The notes beneath the pieces were generated by a model. The model was not told the origin of the DNA and did no database searches. It saw nothing but the letters and a program-made list of their open reading frames with translations. Below are positions 37,231-50,188 of a stretch of 60,946 nt of DNA, one piece after another. Each line of letters opens with the position of its first letter. Positions within the stretch are counted from its first letter, which is position 1. Source of the stretch: Catajapyx aquilonaris (lineage: Eukaryota); NCBI GenBank assembly GCA_000934665.2, contig KZ538586.1, forward strand, positions 1 through 60,946, read 5' to 3'. The translations under genes were made by a program, and so were the position numbers.

Positions 37231-38894
37231 TAAGACAAGTATAACACGTCTGCTCTCCCAGACAGCACCTACTCCTCTCCACTACTCTCCTTCCAAACAC
37301 TCTCAAACATACATTGATCCCATAGTACCTGTTACGAAGACATAATCCTCCTGACAACAATAGACAGTATTGCCAACATGACTCGAACCACTACAATAAT
37401 GTAAACATCATCTCACAAGTACCCGCAAGTTTTGTGGAAAACTCTGATAAGTTATATTTATTTGTCGAATTGGCGAGCAGGCTGTACTATTGATTTTGTC
37501 GGAACACGCAAATCATGTTCGAAACTACCAGTCAACCTTGGAGTGCACTTATGCGAAGATTCAGTTTCTCTTTAGCGGCTCTAATTTCAAGATAAACCAG
37601 CAGCCTCGTGGTCCAGAGGTAGGGATTTGTGATTAACGGCAAGCGATGCGTATAATGAACGTGATTGAGAACTTTGTTTACATCTTACCACATCCAATAA
37701 AACAATCTGCGGAGTTTGGTGTGAGGTGGGGAGAGAAAGGGAGGGGAGCCAGGACATGAAAACTCCTCCACTCACTTTAATTACATGCGCAGGAACTTTA
37801 ATATTGCTCTAAAACGCATTACAGTTAATACTCAAAGGATACCGGGAATGATTCCATAATGTTCCGCCTACAAGTCGGATGCCGTGGTTGGTGAATATGA
37901 TGTGCAACTTGAGTAAAAAACCGTAACACTAAAAAACATACCAAGTATAGTGTGGACCTACAAAACTTTATTTACAAACCTACACCAAATGCAATAAAAT
38001 ATAGAGAAAATGCCAGTACCGTACCTCCCCTGACGTGGAATAAGATAGGAGAAAGATCAGATTTATTATTATACGCGATTATACGCGAAAGCAGATTTTA
38101 AAAATATGGGCCGCGTAACAGATAGTTGTGGCAACAGGCATGAAAATACACTGGAGATGGTCGCCTGACGCACGATCGAGCACGATCTCAGTCAGTTTCA
38201 TATAACCGGAATAAAAATGTTGCTGCATGTGGAAGTCTTCCAAGAAAAGTCGATTCTTATCCTTCAGATTGCACAGGATACCCTATACAAAGAAGGATAC
38301 CCATTTCCGTCCCTGGGTCTGTACTATGACCAGATTCCTCATTCTGCACGTCATAAAAGAGCCGGAGATTTTTTCTTGGTAGTACAGGCCTACTACTTGT
38401 ATCATACAAGCCCGACCGATACTACTCCTTTGTGTTGTTTGTTACTAACGTGTCACTGTGTTGTTCATTTCTTTCTAACCGTGAGGAACTACAGCAGCTC
38501 TGCATTGCTGTGATACGTAACATGTCCATTGCACAAGGGATGCTATCATTGACACATTTATGGTAATGCAGTGTAAGGCTTCCGCGGAAAAATTTAGACT
38601 GCTGAAAGAAAAACCTTTGCTGCGAAAGGAAATGGTGTGGGACCAAACTATAGGCAAGCAGTAGGCTACACTATGTGCAGAAAGAAGATTATTGCTGTCT
38701 TCGCTGCAATGTCCAGAAATTCTACTGAGCTCCCTTGAACACAGTTAGATCCCTTTTATATCCCAAAAAGCCTGGAAAGTTGCCGGTTGTACTTATGCAT
38801 GGTGCAAAATAAAATTCGTTTCCCTGCGAGCTATACCATTCACATATTAAGCCTAAGGATTGAAATGTGTCTTTATTGATATAGATGGCGTGAC

Positions 38895-38898
<4 letters not shown>

Positions 38899-38948
<50 letters not shown>
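38899..38948. repeat. (TTA)n microsatellite, possibly the tail of a minus-strand retroposon fragment
   Basis: Tandem TTA run. Confidence 0.9.
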
Positions 38949-38949
<1 letters not shown>

Positions 38950-39073
38950 AAGTCCTCTGAGCGGGCCCTTTAATGGATCTTCTTAAAACTTACGTAACTT
39001 TATTTACAACCTAAATGATGATGATGGTTTTTGGAGAGTGGGAGCGGAGCCCCACCGTAGAGCAAAGCAAGTA

Positions 39074-40052
39074 CCCGTATTACCTCACATAAAGCGGCAT
39101 GCCGGTGTAGCCGAGGTCGACAAGTTTTTAGGAATGCTTGATCTGGTGGCTATACCGGCATGCCGTTATAGGGCGAGATATGCCGGTATAAGGCGTGGTT
39201 TTCACGTAAGTCCTTTCCGAGCTTGACATTTGCCTGAAAATCTAAATTCACGTAAAGGCTATCGAAAAGGCTCATTTTCCGAATATGGTACCAGTACCCT
39301 ACCCAGGGTTCGGAAATTTAATCTACCTTCGCTTTGGGGGATGGTAGAAGAGTTCTAGACGATCATTTAAAGTATAGGATCATATGGGTCTCCGAAGCAT
39401 AGTTACCGAGATAATTAGCATTGAATAAAAAGTGCATTATACCGGCTTCTATGTTGCGGATACAGCCTATGACACTGTCTGCTACGCCTAATGGGATTGA
39501 GTTTTTAATTTAAATTGCATGATGACACCTTAAATTTAAATGAAAAAGGTAAAGTGGCATGGAGGGACGCATACCTACCAGGATATTTTATACTTTGTGT
39601 TTGAAGCACATTATTTCGGTAACTATGCTTCGGAGACGCACGATACCTCTACTTACAATGATCGTCTAGAACCCTTCTACCATCCCCCAAAGCGAAGGTA
39701 GCTTAAATTTCGGAACCCTGTATATTGTTTTCAATTGCATTGTATGGCAATAATCTCTATTTGAACAGTATGTTGGAGCAGGGGGTTCCCCTGTCAAAGC
39801 AGGCTGACGATGGGATTGGTCACACACTCTACATTTTTATATACACAGCAACAGTACTTGCCTGTACACTCGCCCATTTTCATTGTAACATTATTTTAGT
39901 GCGGTACCAGAAGCATTCCAAAAAATTTGGCAATGATCAAAATTACGGAATTCTACCTCGGTTATTGAGGCATGCCGCCCACCCCGGGTTATACCGGCAA
40001 GCTGGTCGACCTCGTTTTATACCGGCATGTCGCTTTATGTGAGGTAATACGG
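39074..40052. mobile_element. Tc2/pogo-like non-autonomous element hosting a nested MITE
   Basis: TA|(C)CCGTATTACCTCACATAAAGCGGCATGCCGGT ... ACCGGCATGTCGCTTTATGTGAGGTAATACGG|TA; repeated ATACCGGCA motifs. Confidence 0.88.
39304..39720. mobile_element. Nested Tc1/mariner-type MITE with ~110-bp TIRs
   Basis: CAGGGTTCGGAAATTTAATCTACCTTCGCTTTGGGGGATGGTAGAAG ... CTTCTACCATCCCCCAAAGCGAAGGTAGCTTAAATTTCGGAACCCTG|TA; left TA not intact. Confidence 0.88.
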
Positions 40053-43000
40053 TAATAAAAATAGACTTGCTATCAAGGGGGTAACCATTTCGGTACTCCG
40101 GTGTACACCTGCAATGATACTCCCAGGTACTCCTTGATACTCCTTGGTACTCCTAAACTCCCAAAAATCTTGGGATATACGGTCAGCAAATTTTCCAAGG
40201 TGAGCTCCACTTAAATACCATAACACCACCAAAATCTGGTTAGACACACGACCCCACTGATGGTTAATACACCAGTTGCCGAGCCATTTGGCACACGAAC
40301 TAACCAAAAGGAACTTGTTGCCTAGCGAAATGATGGAAGTGGGCCAAAGTTTGAGAGGCTCCTGTCATCCGATTTATTTACTGCCTTTTCTGCCTTACTG
40401 ACATGTCTCAGAGGAACAACAATTTTCAAGATTTGGCTTTGCAGTCCACCTAATTGCGCCATTTGACAAGGGCTGATTTAATAATTTGAAATTGTCGTTA
40501 TGTCAATTCTGTTCCGGTAATTATTCCATGTAGGCCTCCTTCTTTATCAGCAAGGGAAACAGGCGTTGATGTGAGCTGCATGTTAGACTAAAACACTTAT
40601 CTTCCGATTCGCGTGGTGAAATAGCTTCGTGAGAGATTTTGTGTGGGATTATGGGGGATGGAGAATTTTGACCTCTTTCATATTATAGTGGGAGGAACCT
40701 TTTGCGTGAATCAGTCCCCGGAACAGTCAGTTTCGGGGAACGGCGTGCAGTAGGCCTAGTTGTAGGCCACAGTCATATATCCAGCTACCCAGCCCAACTT
40801 CCAATCAATATCCGACTCTGCTGGGGTAGGGTAGGGTGGAGCAGGGCCAGGGCTTAGGGGGAGATGGAGGTGGAGCACCGTGGGGGGAGGGGGAGGGGGG
40901 ATCAGGATTGGGGATGCACGGGATACGGGCGGTACAGCCAGGGAGCCTCAGGAATTCATATCAGGGCCCAGTTTCGACCTCGACAGCTGCTCTGCTCTTT
41001 ACACCCACCTTTCCATGAATTCTTCTCCGAAAACCCAGATCTCGCAACATTTAGTTTCGTCCCCTCGTGTTCAAATACCGTGTCGTATTGTCGAGAAATT
41101 TAATATTTAGGGTATTGTATTACTGTCTCAACGGTTGGCTTTTTCGGACTAGCCGTTTAGCCCTTTAAATGCTTCAAGATTTTTTCCCAATAATAATTAA
41201 TCTACATAGCCACATGTTGGCATAGGGACTTTTAACTCAAAAACATCATGCCGATCATAAATTATGTAGTTCCGAGGAATCAGATTTTGTTAGCCTAAGT
41301 GGTGCACTTTTGCCGTCAAGTCCATTCTTTTGTCTTTCGGTCATTAGCCTACCTACAGTATATTATAGGATATCACATGACAAACATTTTCGGCTAGAGT
41401 AGGTTAACGCGACACCACAGACGGCCGGGGGGGGGGGGATTGGTGGTGGCTGGGGGCAGTGGCTGTGTCGCAAAACGGAGCAGGCAGGCTGAAGGATAGG
41501 CGTGTATCCGCTGAAGATATGTCTGTATCCGCAAGGAAGGAAGGTTAGGTTAGGTTGGTACAGCATACCCCTTCCCAAATAAATAAAAAAGCAATACTTG
41601 CATCCTTGCGTTTGCGACACAGCCACTGCCACCGTCCATTACTCACCCTCCAGTCTTTTGCAATGTCTCTCTTCCCTACTCCTTCCGCATTTTCTACAGG
41701 TGCCTAAACATGAAAAGGTCACCTTGGGTAATATATCGACCGTATTTAGAATGATCTAAGAACTTGTACTTGAACTGTTTGAGGAGGACTCAAGACGCAT
41801 CATAGTCTATACAAGAGCATTACTCAAAGTCTAGAACATTTCAAGTAGTTCACGGTTGAGCACTTGTACCATCTCAAGACATTAACCAAGTGACCTTCAC
41901 TTCGCCACCTCCAGGAAATATTTGGTAGTCTGGAGCCCGCAGGCAGTCACCAACAGGCGAAATAATGGGCTTGGTGATGAAATATAATGCTCTGCTATAC
42001 TGTATGGTCTTCAGATCTACATGTTCAATTGCATGTTTTTATTTTTTGGAGCAATTTTTCGTCATCTCTTTTCAATATGTCACTACAAAATAACTAACTT
42101 ATGCAGCTGCACGTGAAACACGCCTTGCCTTTTCCCCTCTTAAATACTTAACAACAACTATAATTATACTCCTGTAATGTACGTAGTAGAGGTTTGTTGA
42201 ATTAATGGCAGGCTTTGGAAAAAATTTCTCTTGTCCTGTCCGAAATATTTTCCTGGAGCGGTAATGAGAGAGGCAGCAGCCAAGGCGTAAAAGCCAGTTT
42301 CTTATTTTGTCGCATGTCTCACAAACTTAATGCCTGTCATGATTGTTCCGAAATAATGAGGTTGCGTGATTGTGAGGAAGGGCCTAGAAAAGCCATAAAA
42401 TTACTATATAACGAGGGCAGTTCGTGCGAACAACAATGCTACTTGCTTTTGTTGTCTCCTCTATACCTTTCTTCAAGTAAAGCTTTGTGTCAGAAAAAAC
42501 ATCTACTGTATAGTGTACAGTATGCAATTGCAAACTTGTCACAAGCCTTCAGTATATTAGTCTATTACTTTTTGCAATGCTCGCAGGCAGCTTATTGAGC
42601 TATATCCGCTCCTGAAAGGGCACTTTTCCAGCTTCAACTAAGCCAAAAGGCTGCCGTTTTTTCTCTACGTTGCAGCTATATCAACCGTTAGCTCTGCACC
42701 ATGTAGCAGAGGCTATATTATCTAATGAGCTGTAAATGAACATAATAAATAAGTTAATATGGAGTTTGAAAAATGAATATTAGTCAGGAAGTTGTTCGAG
42801 AACAGGACGGTGCGCATAAGATAGTGTGTATGATCTTATCGTCACATACAATTAGGTTGATTTAGAAGTTACATTTTTGAAAGTAATGTGACTTGAATCG
42901 AAGACCAACCATACCAAAATAATATACTGTAGTGCACTTAATAGCAGTTTCCATGTAGGACTATGACCGGTATTTTATCAACTTACTGACTTGGTTACGG

Positions 43001-46000
43001 AAGGGTGCCTGGCTTAATGAATTTAATGTCCGGAGGGACGGAAACTTGTGGTAATATATTCCACACGACACTGCAGGGAAACATATCAACGAAAGAGGAA
43101 CAAAGCTCGTCGGGGATTTAGTCAGGTATACCCGTGCGTAAAAAAAGATGTGGAAAAAGTGAAGATCGTTAATCCAACAAGGGGACGTCTGGTACAAAAT
43201 GTCAGAGGCGTGCTGCTGAAAGTAGATAGAGTCTGGGTGAAATGAATACCGGCACGTATATGCATGGCCGTGTTTTAAGGGCAGCCCGAGAAGAGTCAAT
43301 ATTTGAGCTGAAAAGTTAAAATTTAACTATTCATTTTGAGTGGGTATCAAGCTCGTCACACACATTTTGATCGAGAGGATGGTGAAACATTAGGTCCAGT
43401 GCATGCTTTTTTCAGCTAAAAGAAGAACGATCTCAATATGTCAATAAATTTTGACACCAAGATATAAAAGACGACATAAGATCGATGACCATCATATGAT
43501 GAGTTTGCAGGTAAATAAGTTACTGAGGAGACACTCTATATACATTACTTTCCTATCAAAGTACGTTTTCGGGACGTGATCTCGATTCTTTATCAACTTT
43601 TGTCAATTACATGGAGGTAGTCCAGTCAATACCGCTAACGGAATTAGTATCCACTGTCATCTTCAGGAGGTATGGAAAATCTAATAATTTACTTAGTCCT
43701 AATGATTCTTTACAAACAAAGATATTATGATATATGCCGGAACACACTGATGAAATAGGATATTAAATATGCAAAGCACTGGTGTCTACAATTAAATCGC
43801 TTTCTATTATTTTCTATTAATCTCCAACGTAATACTATGATGCAACAAAGACGTGCTTTCAATCCAAAGCCCCGCCACCCTTTCATTTATTATAACTAGC
43901 AAGAACATTATGCATGTTAATAATCAGACTGACTCAAAGTTCGATAAGAAAATGTCAGTAATAATACAGATCAGGCGTCAGTTACACAGCAAATTCAAGA
44001 GCCTCATTATTCGTAAGTGACTTATTGTAGGACTGTGACCTGAGCGGTAAGGTGCACACACAAACAGAAAAGCCAGTGAGTTCATATTCAAGACAGACAG
44101 TTTATTCAACGAAAGTATGTCACCAAAGACGGGAGGATAAGGAGAGCAAGGTAGGGGGAGGTAGAAGGGAGCGACCAGTCTCTGTCATATTGTCCAAGAT
44201 AATGGCCACGAGGCCTCCCAAGTGCGGGCTTAAATAGTGAGCAACGCAAAGGATGATGGGAGACAGTGTCGGGAAAAGTCACGTGACAGGGTACACACAA
44301 TACCAAAAAAAGTATGTTGAGTACAGTCTTGTTCGAAACGTGATCGGTCACAGGACCACTTTTGCGTTTAAAAATAAATTATATGATTGTAGTGCCTCTT
44401 ACAAATCGTGGCTATAATTATGCATCACTGTACAGAATGTCGTCTCCAAAATGTCGCGTCTTCTGCATGTTTTGGCCATAATGCATTTAATTGCATAACA
44501 AACGAAGTAGTTATCTACATTGCTGTTACAAGCCCTGAGTGTCTTAATTTACTCAACCGAGAGTGAACAACCAAGCTAATTAAAAGGATGGTAGGCTATT
44601 TCATTGATTAATAAAATGAATTTATTGTGATCTTTTTGTTGCCAGGTACTGTACATTGCACCTGCTGTGCTGAACGTCAAAACAGGCTTCAAAACAACAG
44701 GTATTAAAATGCTACACATTAATAGGCTTAGCAAACTTAGATATCACCGTCTGACACTGTTGTTAATACAGTAATATTAAATAAAAATACAGGCTTTCAA
44801 AAGAGCTTACAGTTCTATGACAATCAAATATTTTAAAGTTTTCTTGGGAAAATTTCACGGAAGTGATAGCATTTTACAATCATGTATTCCCATCGAGTGA
44901 CACTGCTGGTAATGCGTTTGGGGAGTGATTGTACGAGAGGAGTGAACTTTGCCTGAAATAAATACAACATTACTAAAGCTTAGGGGACCACGAAGCGCCA
45001 GTTTTGACACCAAATCAAATCCTCTAATATGCAAGTCTTACAATATATTAGGTAGTCATTTAGAAATGGCATGTTTATGCTAATCAGAAAACTTGCTCAA
45101 CGTGTCATTATAACGCCTCTCGAAGCCTGGGTTTTTCGACATACAATTTCGGCGGCTTTAAACGCCCATGTGCCTCGGTAATGTCCCCCATTAGATGGCC
45201 AAACATCCATTTACTTCGGAAATGGGGTAGTCCAAGCCGGCAATGCATTGTAATTTTGACACATGGACGATAAATTTTTCAAAAACAAATAAACAAACAG
45301 CCCATCACGACGTGACGTTTGCTAATATTAGGCCGCATTGAATCCTCTATCCACGCTGTGGATTGCAATAAATTGACGGTAAGGAATGACCCACAGGAAC
45401 AATAATTGTTATCGATCGTTCATAGCTCACATTTTTGCAGGCTTTAATATTAGCAGACAATATAATACTTTCATAAGTTAACAACTAAAAGTAACTATGG
45501 AAAAGTAATTGCTTAAAAATATAAAAATATCCTCCCCGCTCTTCCCACTCCCTCTGATGATGATGATGATGATGATATGAAACATCCACCCATCAAGCGA
45601 AGAACGAACGTACCGTATATACAGTATACGAGGTAGTTCTACGATATGAAGTGCAAAGCCGCGGTGGAACTTTTGCCTAGGATGTTCATCATTGTTCCAT
45701 TGAATGATTGAAAGGTACTGGAGTTGCAGGATCTCGTTTTTTGTGAAGACGTAGGCTATTGGATTGGCCAGTCCTGTCATGAGAAGAAAATGTCGGGCGA
45801 TATACGGTATACGGTTAAATTAACGATGAAAAAGCAATTATTACTAAAGTATCACTTATCAGTGATTTAAAAAAATTCTTAACCACGCAGTTTTAGTCGC
45901 CTGACAGCTGAACTCCTCCTAATTTTGCTTCCCGGAATTATCTTGATGAAAAAGTATCGCAGCACCTCTAATAACGTACTGACGCATTGAAATAACAGTA

Positions 46001-46034
46001 TAACACACTACAATAATGAAATCTGACCATATTG

Positions 46035-46160
46035 ACAGCGCCATGGCGAGACACACCGGCCACGTATAACATGCATCGCAGGGTTCGGAAGTGCTACCCT
46101 GCACTTCCGAACCCTGCGATGCATGTTATACGTGGCCGGTGTGTCTCGCCATGGCGCTGT
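46035..46160. repeat. Perfect inverted repeat, 60-bp arms and 6-nt loop
   Basis: 46035-46094 is the exact reverse complement of 46101-46160; loop TACCCT. Confidence 0.97.
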
Positions 46161-47271
46161 TCATGGTGGTCGCTTTCTATTATGTTGCTTCACCTTGTTT
46201 TGCATGGAGCCATTAAACATTACAATTTTGTCGAGAACATTCACCAACTATACAGATCACCAGAGTAACTCTCACATTTTCTTCGGGTAGAGCTATTATA
46301 ATTTTAGCACAACGTCCTACGTCATACTGACCTAGGTACCTTTTTCGAAAGCGAGGCACGTGTACGGCGTGCGGCTTATGATGTGCATCATATATTGATT
46401 TGCGCATAAGTTATATAGTTACATCCTGGTATCATACAAAAGAATTTTCTGGTGCCCATCAGAGTTGGGGGTTGCCGCCTGGGGTAGGGTCGCCCAACGG
46501 GGGGTCGGAAGGGTTGGGAGCGATGTGGAGGGTTGAATACAAAAATGTGCAACATAAAATAAATACATAAATAAGTACATTGTTGAGGTACGACATTTTG
46601 ATGAAACATTTTGTACCAATAGGCTACGTATCCTGATCACAGCATTTTATATCTCACTTCATTATAGAGACTGTGCTCAACCCTCTCTGTATGTGTCACA
46701 AGTCGCATAACGGCATAGGGTACATCTAGACTTGCCTTTAGCACAAACATTTATTTCAAGTGGAGAGTTAAAGCATAGTTACAGAGGCACGAGCAGCGTA
46801 ATAAGTAATTTTTAACTCTACATGTCTGCTTTCACGGCGCGGCGTTGACTGTCATTTTAATTGCATACCTTTTGCATTCCAGGTTGTCACACCAGAGGCA
46901 ATGTGATATGCCAACATATCGTCATTATTTTTATTTCTTGTTTAAAGAATATACAGTATAGTGCACATGTGCTATTTTCTAAAAGGAGCTATTGTCGTTG
47001 TTTTTCAGTCGATATTGAGACTGAACAATGAACTTCCCAACATTTTATGGCAAATACTTGAATAAAAAAGAAGGTTCTTATCGCACTGTGTTCATTATTT
47101 ACGCAGAAAGAATAAAAATCAGACTAAGCTAATCAGATTATTGTTTAAAATGTAATATTATTTAAGGCATGGTATTCATAATAATTAAAGTGTAGCCTAT
47201 ACTGACAATATCATTCCTTTTCTCTACATGTCATGCGTAGGGATTATTTTAAATCATATTTTGTCACATTT

Positions 47272-47400
47272 TGACGTCAATAGGCTACGTCTTTAAAATC
47301 GGGATGCAGGAAAACTCGAGCGAACAGAAAAGCGTTACAGTTGACGTCATACTGACGTCATACACACCGTCACACTGACGTCACACACTCTGCCCCGCCC
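47272..47400. promoter_or_regulatory. Cluster of four TGACGTCA (CRE/ATF-type) palindromes plus a GC box; function unproven
   Basis: TGACGTCA at 47272, 47342, 47353 and 47376; CCCCGCCC at 47393-47400. Confidence 0.3.
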
Positions 47401-47474
47401 TCTACGGACGGGAATGTGAACTGCTATAGTGCCGCTTCTGGCCGCTGTTGGCACTTGGCAGGGAGCGTTCATAC

Positions 47475-47872
47475 CAGCCCCCGGACACTCATACTACCTT
47501 CTGCTGTTATCACCTGCCGACGCGTTTTGCAGAAGTTGCTCACTTGAGAGCGCCATGAGACATTTCAGTCTCCGGTCAAGTGGCGACCCTACCGGACTAG
47601 GCTGAACTTTATAGGTACAAAACTAACAAAAGGGAAGAGCTACATGCGGGCCCAAAATGGCCGCCGCGCCGGCGCCCATGTTGAGCCCACCAATGAAGCG
47701 CTTCCCTTTTGTTAGTTTTGTACCTACGAGTATAAAGTTCAGCCTAGTCCGGTAGGGTCGCTACTTGACCGGAGACTGAAATGTCTCATGTCGCTCTCAA
47801 GTGAGCAACTTCTGCAAAACACGTCGGCAGGGGGTGGGTGGGAGTGTCCAGACCTTATCTTCTATGGCCGTG
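47475..47872 (+). mobile_element. Family Z, copy C
   Basis: Perfect TSD GTTCATAC (47467-47474, 47873-47880); CAGCCC...TTCTATGGCCGTG ends; long internal foldback. Confidence 0.93.
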
Positions 47873-47943
47873 GTTCATACCCTCCCTACTGCTTCACTCA
47901 TGAGCCGCACGTTCCGAGACGCTGATGGAATATACCTCGGGTC

Positions 47944-48314
47944 CAGCCCCTGGACATTTACACTACATTCTGATGTTATCACCAGCCGGGGTGTTTTGCA
48001 GAAGGTGCTCACTTGAGAGCGCCATGAGACATTTCACTCTCCGGATAAGTGGCGACCCTACCGGACTAGGCTGAACTTTATATGTACAAAAGGGAAGCGC
48101 TACATTGGGGGACCCAACATGGGCGCCGGCGGTCATTTTGGGCCCGCATGTATCGCTTCCCTTTTGTACCTATAAAGTTCAGCCTAGTCCGGTATAGGGT
48201 CGCCACTTATCCGGAGAGGGAAATGTCTCATGGCGCTCTCAAGTGAGCACGTTCGGCAAAACGCCCCGGTAGGGGGTAGGTGGCAGTGTCCAGACCTTAC
48301 TTTCTATGACCATG
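47944..48314 (+). mobile_element. Family Z, copy D
   Basis: Perfect TSD CTCGGGTC (47936-47943, 48315-48322); CAGCCC...TTCTATGACCATG ends. Confidence 0.93.
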
Positions 48315-48452
48315 CTCGGGTCTACTTTTTCGTGCATGCCCCCCAATACTGATCAGGGTTTAAAGACTCATTCACGTCAAAACCTGCGGTTTGTGTCCCC
48401 GACACAACCTAATGTATTTTTATATAATATTATGTACGATAAGGCTAGCCTA

Positions 48453-48602
48453 CTATGGGGCTCAAATTGTTTTGGCCACTTTATCCTGGTCTTGAGGCAA
48501 CCCTTCACACACACACACACACACACCTGCTCACCGTGGAACCTGTGCGAAGGGTTGCTTCAAGACCAGGATAAAGTGGGCAAAAGAATTTGAGCCACAT
48601 AG
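48453..48602. mobile_element. Family M2, copy 3
   Basis: TA|CTATGGGGCTCAAATT ... AATTTGAGCCACATAG|TA with (CA)n in the spacer; its right TA abuts a further CAGGGTG end. Confidence 0.9.
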
Positions 48603-49280
48603 TACAGGGTGATCAAAAATATTTGTGCGACTAATATGGTAATTTGTTGGCAGTAGGGTGCTTATTTTAAACAGTTACTTTTGAATCGTAGTTACTTTCA
48701 ATTATTGCTATCAAAAGGTTGCGAGGAAAATAATTCTCTATAGTAGAAAAGTTACTTCATGCAATTAATAACAGCATATTCATATTGGTAATGATTTGCA
48801 TTTGCAGAACTAGCAATTAACAGATGCGTCAATGCAGCTAATGTAGAAACACGTAATGAAGATCCTGCACCATTCAATTACGTTGGTTTTATTCAATTTA
48901 ATATCATTCTGCTTCTTTGTGCTCTCAAAGACGTTCGTTAAAGTATCTTAATTGCTATATCAGTCCAACATCATCAAGCAAGAGTAATGCAAGGCAAATT
49001 CCGTGCACTAATCAGTACCCGTGTATACCCGCTTGTTGTCATGTAAATCAGGAAACTGGAAGCTGAAATTTTTTCCCTGACCTTATTCACACCAGCTTCT
49101 TTGGTTCCGTTTCAGGCACACAGGTCGTAGAATTTGATAACAAAACTAACAGCTACTTTAAAAAAACACGAACATTCAATAGGTTCGAATAATAAAGGTC
49201 CAATGGAGCAAAAGTCCAAGTCCAAAAAGGGTTTTTAAATCCTGGACTTGGGCTTTTGTTCCATTGGGCCATTCATTGTA

Positions 49281-50004
49281 CAGGGTGATCCGTTTGGGAA
49301 GGGATAATTTAAAATATGTATCACAATCAACATAGAAGCCATACCAAGTTGAAATTCTGCCAGTCTGGCGAGGTAAGATGGGAGATTCATGCACTGTACT
49401 CAGTGCGCCCGGATTGGCCATGCATCGTGACCAAAGGGGCTGGATGTGGCGTAACCAGTTGTATACGGACCTTTTTCTCTCTCTGAGGTCACAATACGAG
49501 CAGGACCATACTTTACCATTCTGAGATCTTATTGGTACCACAACTGGACAACAATGTCATTTTCCAGCAAGACTGGCCCCATCCCACTGGTCACTTGAAG
49601 TCAGGAAGGTTAACAGTGACACTTTCTATGACAATTGGTGTGGTCGTGGTGGCCCTATTCCTTGGCCTGCAAACTCTCTGGATCTCACTCCCCCCGATTT
49701 CTTTGTGTGTGGTTTGTGAAGACTTTCATCTACGGAAACGACCTCAATGCCTGGATGCCCTGGATGTGAAAATTTTTGCAGCAATCGCACAAATAACTCC
49801 GAAAATGTTACAAAACATGTGGCAGAAATTGGGCACCCTATATCAACTCTAACGAAGACGCAAAAAGGGTCATGTGGAGACCTAGACAAACTCCCACTCT
49901 GCCATTCATAACGGTAATCTCTGCCTAATTTGGATCAATATTCTGTATGCTACAACACATACCACAGCATTTTAAAATTATCCCTACCCAAACGGATCAC
50001 CCTG
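49281..50004 (+). mobile_element. Internally deleted Tc1/mariner-superfamily element with a transposase C-terminal relic
   Basis: TA|CAGGGTGATCCGTTTGGG ... CCCAAACGGATCACCCTG|TA; frameshifted peptides VIFQQDW, NWCGRGGPIPWPANSLDLTPPDFFVCG, KIFAAIAQITPKMLQNMWQ. Confidence 0.92.
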
Positions 50005-50188
50005 TATTGTCCATAGCGGTTTGAAATTTTCTTGCCCTAGTAAGCTGTTATTAATAAGTATTGTTTTGTTACTTGTAACAGTTGCTATTCGCAGCTATTA
50101 CACATACGTGTACAGTATCTATTACCAACTAATATTATGGTTTAAACTACAGAAGGGCGGCCTACAGGCTTTGAAGAATGGTTCCAGC

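Noticed and set aside
35132..37360. Long ORFs (208, 207 and 170 aa) as genes, or the periodic units as a CRISPR array
   Set aside because: The ORFs are mirror-image translations of a palindromic tandem repeat; the units are diverged whole-unit repeats without unique spacers, and there are no cas genes in this eukaryotic context.
38210..38655. Decayed DNA-transposase fossil on the minus strand (LVPHHFLSQQ...)
   Set aside because: Only a vague resemblance; no catalytic motif or termini could be anchored by eye.
40093..40153. GTACTCC(TTG) short tandem motifs as a regulatory array
   Set aside because: Short and degenerate; most likely a subterminal repeat remnant of an unresolved element.
41543..41558. 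Interstitial (TTAGG)n telomeric repeat
   Set aside because: Only two to three units; expected by chance or inside transposon remnants.
48605..49025. Complete CAGGGTG-type MITE next to M2 copy 3
   Set aside because: Left end present, but no convincing matching right TIR.
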